From Patescibacteria group bacterium (GTDB lineage: Bacteria > Patescibacteriota > Kazan-3B-28), in contig JBAZNQ010000002.1 in assembly GCA_041649135.1 (NCBI GenBank), forward strand, positions 143,702 through 207,701: a stretch of DNA of 64,000 nucleotides, in the 5' to 3' direction. The notes under the pieces are model-generated. The model made no database searches and was not told where the DNA came from. It worked only from the letters and a program-made list of their open reading frames with translations. The first letter of the stretch is position 1. Each line of letters opens with the position of its first letter. Made by a program: the position numbers and the translations under genes. This document shows positions 25,081 through 33,200 of the stretch, piece by piece.

Positions 25081-25286
25081 ATTAAAAAGACACCACTAGT
25101 TTGTCTTGCGCAGAGTCTTGGTTCCGAGCAACCAAGTGGGTTCTCGCACCCCACCCCCACAGGGGCAAGAAATGTTGAGATCCCGTATCTAAAGTTTGTT
25201 GGCCAAAAAATGCGAAGACAAATCAATGGTGCTACCTTTATTTTACACCCGATTTTTGATCCCAAATTTTTCGCGGTGGATAAAAA

Positions 25287-25946
25287 TCAGAAGGGGAGAG
25301 TGCTAGAGCCAACAATCCATTGAATCACCGCAATTACCGGTTCCAGTAGCCAATAAATGATGTTAGTGCCGAGTATTCTATCGGCAAAAATCAGCACCAG
25401 AAGCGCAATTGGCCCCATCTGTTCCAACCGAGAAATTGTCTCTTGACGGACATTGAAACTATCCAAAATTAAATACAAAATCTTCGAACCATCTAGTGGT
25501 GGAATCGGTAGCAGATTGAAAGCCGCCAGAAAAATATTCAAAGTCACTATCACCGCCAAAAAAGTATACAGCTGACCTTCCGGCAGAGCTTGATATTGAA
25601 TTAAATAAATCCTTCCCGGTAGTGCCAGTAAAAATGCCAAGATGATATTGGCGATCGGCCCAGCAATCGCAATTAATAATTCGCCAAATCTTCCCCGAGC
25701 TACCCGTCGAGGGTCGTAGGGGACGGGTCGCCCCCAACCAAACCCAACCAACAAAATTAAAATACTCCCCATCGGGTCAAGGTGAGCCAGCGGATTCAGA
25801 GTCAGCCGACCCATCTGCTTCGCGGTTGGGTCGCCCAATTTGTAAGCCGCCCAAGCATGAGCCGCCTCATGGAAGGTGATTGCCACCACTAATGCCACCA
25901 CAAAGAAGACAAATGTATCCAGCTGTTGAAATACCCCTAATAACAT
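25287..25946 (-). CDS. Site-2 protease family (M50) intramembrane zinc metalloprotease
   Basis: HEAAHAWAA (HExxH) in TM1, NLLPIPPLDGSK (LDG motif), multiple TM helices. Confidence 0.8.
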   Translation of the reverse strand: MLLGVFQQLDTFVFFVVALVVAITFHEAAHAWAAYKLGDPTAKQMGRLTLNPLAHLDPMGSILILLVGFGWGRPVPYDPRRVARGRFGELLIAIAGPIANIILAFLLALPGRIYLIQYQALPEGQLYTFLAVIVTLNIFLAAFNLLPIPPLDGSKILYLILDSFNVRQETISRLEQMGPIALLVLIFADRILGTNIIYWLLEPVIAVIQWIVGSSTLPF

Positions 25947-26120
25947 AAAAACCTTGTTCTAAATTACCTTTTTTGCTACCCTGTGATAGACGAATGGTCT
26001 TATAGGCAAATAGACTTGTCGATTAGCCTATCCACCTATTAGTCTATCAGTCAATCAGCCTATCAGCCAATCTGCTTTCTCGTCCATCTCTCACCCTTTG
26101 TCATTACAACTCTCCTCTCC

Positions 26121-26327
26121 GTCATTCCCGCGCCCGCCTGCAACGATGCCCGCCAGAAACGCTGTATCTACTGCGGACTGGTAGCACTTCGGGCAGGAAA
26201 ACGGGAATCCAGACCCCGTCCGTCATTCCCGCGTAGGCGGGAATCCAGACAGAAACAAGAACATTTTTCTTTTTATTTCTGGATCCCCGACGTCGGATGG
26301 CTTTGCCTCCGGCTCGAGGATGACAAA
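26121..26327. repeat. Composite MITE/REP-like element, about 97% identical to 6366..6571
   Basis: GTCATTCCCGCGCCCGCCTGCAACGATGCCCGCCAGAAACGCTGTATCTACTGCGGACTGG...GGATCCCCGACGTCGGATGGCTTTGCCTCCGGCTCGAGGATGACAA. Track ORF 26122..26355 is an artefact of the repeat. Confidence 0.65.
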
Positions 26328-26380
26328 ATAGAAAATACACCGCAGTTACTTCCAAAATTATTCACTATTAACTAACTTCT

Positions 26381-26608
26381 ATGTCCAAAATTTGCTACAT
26401 CTGCAGTAAGACCAAATCGTTCGGTAACAATGTCAGTCATTCCAAACACAGCACCGGTCGGTCTTTTGGTGCCAATTTATTGTCGACCAAAATTACTGTT
26501 AATGGTACTCCAAAGCGAGTAGTCGTCTGTTCTCGTTGTTTAAAGACCATGACGAAAAAGGCCGTCCCTAGTCGGGCTAGCAAAAAGGCCGCCAAGCAGA
26601 CTGCTTAA
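26381..26608 (+). CDS. rpmB: 50S ribosomal protein L28
   Basis: MSKICYICSKTKSFGNNVSHSKHSTGRSFGANL...VVVCSRCLK matches the L28 pattern (C..C..GNN.SH...T.R.F.PNL). Confidence 0.8.
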   Translation: MSKICYICSKTKSFGNNVSHSKHSTGRSFGANLLSTKITVNGTPKRVVVCSRCLKTMTKKAVPSRASKKAAKQTA

Positions 26609-26639
26609 TTTGGCAAGTCACATGGTACGATACCCATTT

Positions 26640-26723
26640 GTCATTCCGGACTTGTTCCGGAATCTAGACATAAAAAGAAACATTTTTGTTCTTGTCTGGA
26701 TTCTGAAATAAATTCAGAATGAC
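26640..26723. repeat. MITE/REP-like palindromic element copy
   Basis: tGTCATTCCGGACTTGTTCCGGAATCTAGACATAAAAAGAAACATTTTTG...TGAAATAAATTCAGAATGACg. Confidence 0.6.
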
Positions 26724-26859
26724 GATAGTAGGCGAGTGTGGTTCCCTAGCCGCCAAGATCGCGGCACATGGGCAGGCAATGGCACCCGCCCGAACATATC
26801 CCCCGCCAGAATGAAAAGCATTCTTTCGGGCTGGCGTTCGGTACGGGCGGGGAACGCAA

Positions 26860-26933
26860 GCGGGATTAGTACAATGGTAGTACACGTCCTTCCCAAGGAT
26901 GAGACGCCGGTCCGATTCCGGTATCCCGCTCCA
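26860..26933 (+). tRNA. tRNA-Gly (anticodon CCC)
   Basis: Manual fold: acceptor GCGGGAT/ATCCCGC, D-arm GTAC-AATGGTA-GTAC, anticodon stem CGTCC/GGATG with loop TTCCCAA, T-arm GCCGGTCCGATTCCGGT, CCA encoded; followed by a 10-bp perfect hairpin. Confidence 0.7.
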
Positions 26934-27001
26934 GCAATTTTTTCATATGATAATGAACAGTGCCACTCACCAATAGGCGAGTGGCACTATATCGTTACTG
27001 A

Positions 27002-27379
27002 CTAGGCCGGTCGTCGACAAAGAGATAAGCTGTTCCTTAGGCACAGAAAGACTCTCTCCGTTCTAGAATCTTCTGGTTGAAAATGATCCAATCGCCACCG
27101 GATGTACTCTCGAGCATCCGCCATGGTTGTCGACCGATCCAAATCCTTGAGGATATCCTGTTCTAGCCGGTGTAGTTGACTCCATACGGAGGGATCAAAT
27201 GATCCACGCACCTCATTCAGGATGCTTCCGATTTGTGCGCGATATCTTTCCAGCCGTTTTACTGCTTGCTCCTCTTCTCGATACCGTGAGATATCGAATC
27301 TGCGAAGAAGGGCGAGTCGTAAAACTCTTAATTTCTGACCGACCCAGTCTCTGATTCTGATTAGGTGCAGTAGCTTCAT
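27002..27379 (-). CDS. Hypothetical protein (125 aa)
   Basis: ORF only; Arg-rich helical sequence; no family recognised. Confidence 0.3.
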   Translation of the reverse strand: MKLLHLIRIRDWVGQKLRVLRLALLRRFDISRYREEEQAVKRLERYRAQIGSILNEVRGSFDPSVWSQLHRLEQDILKDLDRSTTMADAREYIRWRLDHFQPEDSRTERVFLCLRNSLSLCRRPA

Positions 27380-27511
27380 ACATTACCTCCTAGCGTCTGG
27401 GATAGGATAGCACGTTGGTTGAAGCAACCTCCGGCAGTCTACCAGCCCGTATCAGATCGGTCAACCCTCCTTATACCAAAGCAACCAACCCAATCTCTTG
27501 GATTGTCTCTC

Positions 27512-27586
27512 TGGTCGGGGTGACAGGAATTGAACCTGCGACCTCACGGCCCCCAGCCGTGCGCGCTACCCCTGCGCCACACCCCG
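27512..27586 (-). tRNA. tRNA-Pro (anticodon GGG)
   Basis: Shares its acceptor, D-stem and T-arm sequence with the tRNA-Pro(CGG) at 24533..24607; anticodon stem CACGG/CCGTG with loop CTGGGGG; CCA encoded. Confidence 0.7.
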
Positions 27587-27610
27587 ATTTCCGGAGAACG
27601 TTTAACGTTT

Positions 27611-27686
27611 TGGTGCTCTCGGGAGGAATCGAACCTCCACCAACCCCTTAGGACGGGGCTACTCTAATCCGTTGAGCTACGAGAGC
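27611..27686 (-). tRNA. tRNA-Arg (anticodon CCU)
   Basis: Manual fold: acceptor GCTCTCG/CGAGAGC, anticodon stem GCCCC/GGGGT with loop GTCCTAA, T-arm GGAGGTTCGATTCCTCC, CCA encoded. Confidence 0.65.
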
Positions 27687-27826
27687 ATATTTAATAGAAT
27701 GCGCTGATTGTATAGGGTAGAATAAGACTAAGACCGAGAATAATCAACATTACCATCCAGATTAGCCTTTCCGCCTTGTGTGATTTTTTCGCCATACGCT
27801 TATCATTATAGAAAGCCCGCTCCAAA

Positions 27827-28414
27827 ATGCCTAACACCGAAGAATTTATTCCCGAGTTTACGGGTCAGCGCGAGACTGAACAAGTCGAGCTGATGTTGTT
27901 CCAACATTGGTTTATGCTAGCCTTGCCACTGACCAAGGCATTTGTCGTGATTATCATTTCCTTGGCTGTGCCGATTTGGTTACATTGGACCAGCTTTATT
28001 TTTAGTTATGGTCTGACGACCGCAGTTTATTACCTCTGGCTGGTGTTTTGGATCTGCTATATGGTTTATGCTTATTCCAATTGGTATCGTGATCGGTTCA
28101 TCATCACTAGCGAACGAGTGATTGACATAAATCAACGGGGTTTGTTTAGCCGCAAGGTTTCCGAAGTGGAGTTGAACCGAATCCAGAATATCACTTACTC
28201 GGTTGATGGGATTTTTGCTACGATGTTTAATTTTGGCACTATCGTGATTCAATCGGCTGGCGCGAATGATTTGACCCTTAAGCGAATCGCGGATCCAGCC
28301 GGTATTCAAGAAGAGATTACTCGTTTGGTTAAAGCTAAAGCCAAAGACCAGCCCGTCACTGCCGAGGAGTTGGTTGACTTCATCAAATCCACTCGGCACG
28401 ATCCGAAGTCTTGA
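27827..28414 (+). CDS. Membrane protein with a bacterial PH (bPH_2 / YdbS-YdbT-like) domain
   Basis: Two TM helices followed by DRFIITSERVIDINQRGLFSRKVSEVELNRIQNITYSVDGIFATMFNFGTIVIQSAG. Confidence 0.6.
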   Translation: MPNTEEFIPEFTGQRETEQVELMLFQHWFMLALPLTKAFVVIIISLAVPIWLHWTSFIFSYGLTTAVYYLWLVFWICYMVYAYSNWYRDRFIITSERVIDINQRGLFSRKVSEVELNRIQNITYSVDGIFATMFNFGTIVIQSAGANDLTLKRIADPAGIQEEITRLVKAKAKDQPVTAEELVDFIKSTRHDPKS

Positions 28415-28460
28415 GACTAGCATTATCGGGTAGGATATACTAAAATAGCTTCGTTCTTGT

Positions 28461-28537
28461 GGGGGTGTAGCTCAGTTGGTTAGAGCGCCTCCCTGTCACG
28501 GAGGAGGTCGCGGGTTCGAGCCCCGTCACTCCCGCCA
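28461..28537 (+). tRNA. tRNA-Asp (anticodon GUC)
   Basis: GGGGGTGTAGCTCAGTTGGTTAGAGCGCCTCCCTGTCACGGAGGAGGTCGCGGGTTCGAGCCCCGTCACTCCCGCCA; anticodon loop CTGTCAC. Confidence 0.8.
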
Positions 28538-28581
28538 GCAACGCTTTGTGTAGCAAGGCGGACTGGCCCGCCACAAAAACA

Positions 28582-29004
28582 ATGGCTAAGACTTATTCTC
28601 TCTATACTGATGGGGGGGCTCGGGGCAACCCCGGCCCAGCCGCAATTGGCGGTGTGATTTTTGACGCCTCCAACCAAGTCGTCAAAGAGTTTTCCCGCTA
28701 CATCGGTGAGACCACGAATAATCAAGCCGAGTATCGGGCATTGGTTTTTGGATTAACTCAAATCACCAAACTTGTCGGTACAAAAACTAGCCAAACCAAA
28801 ATCACTGCCTTTCTTGACAGCGAGTTAGTCGTCAAACAATTAAAAGGGGAGTATCGGGTTCGCGATGCCGATCTTCAGCCGCTTTATGCTCAAGTCGTCA
28901 AATTAGCCCAACCATTTCAGCAGATTTCTTTCACTCACATTCGACGTGAAAAAAACCAGCACGCTGATCGGCTGGTCAATCAAGCTCTGGATAGGCGGGG
29001 CTAG
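28582..29004 (+). CDS. rnhA: Ribonuclease HI
   Basis: YTDGGARGNPGPAAIGGVIFD...NNQAEYRALVFGL...LDSELVVKQL...NQHADRLVNQAL gives the conserved RNase H catalytic residues. The ATG at 28582 is in frame with the track ORF that begins at 28546. Confidence 0.8.
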   Translation: MAKTYSLYTDGGARGNPGPAAIGGVIFDASNQVVKEFSRYIGETTNNQAEYRALVFGLTQITKLVGTKTSQTKITAFLDSELVVKQLKGEYRVRDADLQPLYAQVVKLAQPFQQISFTHIRREKNQHADRLVNQALDRRG

Positions 29005-29052
29005 TCACTAGTATTTCTCTTCACTATCATCCTCCGGCTACTTTACCCTGCT

Positions 29053-29194
29053 GTCATCCTCTGGCTTGCGTTAGTCCTCCGTAGCTCAACGAGCGAAGGA
29101 CGGAACCAGGGGATCCAGAAAAGAAAAGGAAAATGTTTTTGTTTCTGGCTAGATCCCCGATGTCGGATGGCTTCGCCTCCGGCTCGAGGATGAC
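29053..29194. repeat. MITE/REP-like palindromic element copy with the CCTCCGTAGCTCAACGAGCGAAGGACGG module
   Basis: GTCATCCTCTGG...GGATCCAGAAAAGAAAAGGAAAATG...GATCCCCGATGTCGGATGGCTTCGCCTCCGGCTCGAGGATGACAA. Its right end is nearly identical to the right end of the 6291..6660 and 26121..26327 copies. Confidence 0.6.
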
Positions 29195-29243
29195 AAAAAA
29201 AGAGTCCAGATGGACTCAACTTACATCCCACAACTCACAGCCC

Positions 29244-29753
29244 TTACTCATATTTCACTACAAAGCTTTTATCCAGACTCTGGTACTTCGCATCGTTCAC
29301 CGCTTCTGGATTAGCGGTGTAGATTTTGTATTCCAAACTTCCCACCATATCCGACATTAATGGGAAACTGACTTTGCCATTATCATTAGTCAGAAAGAAA
29401 GCTCGTTCCGACTCCGGACTATACCAATCAAAATAAGTCAGCCGATTAGTTCGCAAAGTCGGATCAGCGATTTGTAGCCCAACCCAAATTCCCGTTGCCG
29501 GTAGGCTAGTCGTCTTATCAGTAACTGTCAAAACCACCTCACCCTGTTGCTTACCATCAGCATACAGTTCGTATGGGGGAAGTTTGATATTGGTAACTGC
29601 TAGCGTCGTAGCCGAAGCTACTGGCTGTCCCGACAACAACCAACCGCCCGCTGATACTGCGATAGTCAGAATGAATAAAGCGCTAAACACTCCCCAGCGC
29701 TCATGGCTGTTGTAAGTTCGATTGCGGCGGAAATGGTGGAGGAGATGAGGCAT
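29244..29753 (-). CDS. Membrane-anchored or secreted hypothetical protein with a beta-sandwich (carboxypeptidase-regulatory-like) domain
   Basis: N-terminal hydrophobic segment (VFSALFILTIAVSAGGWLL); beta-rich sequence. Confidence 0.5.
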   Translation of the reverse strand: MPHLLHHFRRNRTYNSHERWGVFSALFILTIAVSAGGWLLSGQPVASATTLAVTNIKLPPYELYADGKQQGEVVLTVTDKTTSLPATGIWVGLQIADPTLRTNRLTYFDWYSPESERAFFLTNDNGKVSFPLMSDMVGSLEYKIYTANPEAVNDAKYQSLDKSFVVKYE

Positions 29754-29861
29754 AGATCTAGAGATTAGAGACGAGAGTTAAGATTTTTGCGATAATCTTA
29801 TTTTTGATAGCAAGCTTGTGATGGTTGCGGAAATCATTTTACTAATTTCTATGAATATTCC

Positions 29862-30155
29862 CTAAATTGTTTGAAACTGCGCGCCCGTAATATAGCCAAG
29901 GTTTTTGGCAATGATTAGTTGCGTCTCTGCTTCAGCCAAAGATCCGCGAGCGATACACAAAAATCTAACAAAGTCTTTGGTTGAATTTCGCGCCCAGCCT
30001 TCGGCAATATTTGATGGCACGGATACTACGCTACGATTAACCTGGACAGTCAGCGCATATTGCTCTGATACTGGAAAAGTTCGAGTAAGGGCATAGGTTT
30101 GTTTGACGAGGTCAATAGCTTTCTGCCAAAGTTGTAAGTCTTGATAACTTGTCAT
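29862..30155 (-). CDS. Four-helix-bundle protein ('23S rRNA IVS protein' family); second paralogue in the window
   Basis: LWQKAIDLVKQTYALTRTFPVSEQYALTVQVNRSVVSVPSNIAEGWAR...FLCIARGSLAEAETQL. Confidence 0.7.
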   Translation of the reverse strand: MTSYQDLQLWQKAIDLVKQTYALTRTFPVSEQYALTVQVNRSVVSVPSNIAEGWARNSTKDFVRFLCIARGSLAEAETQLIIAKNLGYITGAQFQTI

Positions 30156-30209
30156 CCCCCTTCTATGCTCTGTTACCTATATCTTACCCTATTCTCTATA
30201 CTCTACTCT

Positions 30210-33200
30210 CTACCCCATGTTCTCTTTCGAAAAGTGGGTTTTATCATAATGCTCTACCCATGCCAGCGCGACGGCGGCCGCTAGAGTTAGGCCAAGCAGG
30301 ATGAGCTGGAGTCCGTTCATACCAGTCACCGGCAAACGTTTTGGTCCGTGATAGTTGACTACATCAGCAATTTTAACTATTGCCACCGTGTAGCCAATTT
30401 TACCGTTGTAAAGAGTCGCGACCAACACATCATCATAGTAAGTCCCCAAATTCTTTCCGGCCACAAAGGTACTGGTACTCGAATCACCATTTGTACCATT
30501 CAAGTCGATTGTACCGCTTTTTTCAATCAGCACATGCCATTTGAATTTCAATGTTTCGATTACTTTACCATCAGTATCATAACCAATCGCTTTAAATACT
30601 TGTTTACCATTGGGTAGGAGAGTGGTCTCGCTCGGCTTGATTTCTACTCGGTCAATAATCCGACCAGTATCATCCTCTACCTCTTCCAGCTCTTCCAATA
30701 ATTCCTCCTCGTCGAGAGCTTTATAGACACTCATTACTGCCGCCGCATTGGCCAGTCCAGTATCTGGCCACTGGGGGTAGTTATCGGCAATTGCAATTGA
30801 CACTAGACCAGTCACGGAATCTTTAAAGTAAACCGTTACTCCAGTTTGATCACCATCAGTAGTCAGGTATTGTGGCATACCATTTTCATCATTTTGAGCT
30901 ACCAGCAAGTATGGCAACTTATTTTGGTTGAGATCATAAAAGGCACCGGTAGTAGTCGAACTATAGAAGTACAATTTATCCGGCAGAGTCAAAGTACTAC
31001 CATCAACTGATTGAGCAGTAATATTGATTGGCGAGCTGAATCGTCCAACTTTAACACTCGTGCTACAATTACCCATTTTCAAAGAGTCCAATGGTCGTTC
31101 GCCGGCAATTACCTCAACTAATTTTGTACCAGCTGGCCAACCCTTGTTCGGATCTTCTAACGCCAAAATAGTCAAAAAGTTTGGTGTGGAAACCATCGTG
31201 TCTTGGTAATAAAAAGTGGCTGTACTGGAACCTTGGGCAATTGTGATGTGCGGGTTTTCGCCTAAAGCTTTTTTGCTCGAGTTCCAGAATGAACCAGTCT
31301 CGCGTTCTTGTACACCCAAGTGGGCTCTTAGTCCGATACTGATATTTTCCTCTGCCAAATAGTCTTCTTCAGACAAACTGTCGACTAATTTCACAATAAA
31401 CGGCACGCTCTCCTGCCCAACCACAACATACACCAGCGAAACAGCTGGGGAGACAATCCGGACAACCGGGTCAGCCGTAGTAAATTCCCATTCTTTCGGT
31501 GCATCTTTCAGGCCAGACTTGTCTTCAGCGTCAAAAGCCGATTTGATAATCACTTTATAAACCGCACCGGGCGTCAGTTCTCCATACCGCTGATTGGCTG
31601 GATCTAGTGGGGGGGTAAGAGTAAACAAAGCATTGCTGTGACCTTCCCGTTCACTCCAAGTTGGTTTCCAATCTTCCAACTCCGCAGGTGTAAATTCATA
31701 GCCGCTTTCTGCCAATGAATATGTAAATGGATGTTCTGTATCATCAAGCAATACCGAACGGTTAAAACCGATCTCGATGGGTTGCTTCAGCGGATTATTG
31801 TCGGGATGGTCAAGCGCTGGCTTATAGTAGACGATTTGTAGTGGTAGCGATGGGTCGCCCTCTTCCACATCGACCGTTACCTTCACCTCGGACTTTTCCG
31901 GCGGGCTTACCAATGCGTCCCATACATAAGCTGTGTTGGTAATGGTAGTCGGCACTTCTATTGTTCCTCTAGCTACCGCCTCAAAACTAAAAGTCAGGGG
32001 AGAGGAATTGGGTAATACTCCGCTAGCTTTTGCTCTCACCGTTTGAGTCGCTTCGTCATAGTACGGCGGGATAGTCCATCGGCTGTCTTCTTTGAAATTG
32101 ATCGGACCGGGACCAAAGAAGATCGGTGGTTGTCCGGACGAATTATCATACGCTGGCACAAAATCACTGAATTCAATATCACCCAGCGTAGTGCCGGTGT
32201 TGGCAAGCGATACTGAATAAGTTACTGTATCACCAGCCCGAACCGTAGTGGGGGAGACAGTCATCTGACTGGTGGTGACCACGGCGTCGTGAGCAATTTT
32301 AAAACTGTCCCAACAGGGTAGCGGCACATCCGGCTCTTCGGTATAGTTCTCATTGTCATAAATATTAGCCGTTAACTTACTGTTAAATGAATTGCCAAGA
32401 TATGGGATGTTAATTTTGACGGTAAATTTTACTACCACCGGAAACCCATACCTAATCGGTACACTAGAACTATTGCGCCATTCCAGTCTCACCACCCGAC
32501 CACCTTCAGAGATTGGTACCATCGTACCTCCGCCAGGATTGTCAGTTCGGACGTATGTTAGTTCATCTGGAATACTGATTTTTGCCGCTACATTAGTGGC
32601 GTCATCACCACTAAGATTTTCAAGCGTCAAGGTAAACTGTGCCTCATCTCCAGTGTTGTATGACCCATCACCATTTGGTCCGTTGGGCACTTCTAATCTT
32701 GGAAACAGGTTCGGACTTATCAATCGCTGGGTTTTAAAAGTGAATTTTTTGGGAGCTGGAAACTGTAAGTCTTTTATATGATCAGGACACAACATGACAC
32801 TAGTATCCCCCCCCCAGCGACAGATCTCTGGTTCTGGATGGTCACCAGCATCATTCTGTGGTGGCTGATAGCACAAGGCACCACATGGGTATGAACAGGA
32901 GTTGCTGTTCAGCTGGTTGCCAGCTTCATCAGTCGCATTAGTAATATCAAAAGTATACTCGGTCTCATAATCCATTCCGGAATGTGATACCACTATTTTC
33001 GTATCTCCCTCGCTCCAAACTACAGATAATCCTGCCACCGGAGTTTTTTGTGCGTCGGCACTTTTATAAAACTCATACCTGAATGTGTTTGTAACAATCG
33101 GTTCGGAAAAATAAATTCTTATCGGTTGAGCAATCACGACAGGCTCACCATAATTATGATAAATACCCTGACCGTCACGGGGATCAGTACCGCCATTAAA

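Noticed and set aside
26735-26859. GC-rich, hairpin-rich segment immediately 5' of tRNA-Gly as a second tRNA or an SRP RNA
   Set aside because: I could not fold it into a cloverleaf, and it lacks the SRP domain-IV motif. It is probably a tRNA leader or a repeat remnant.
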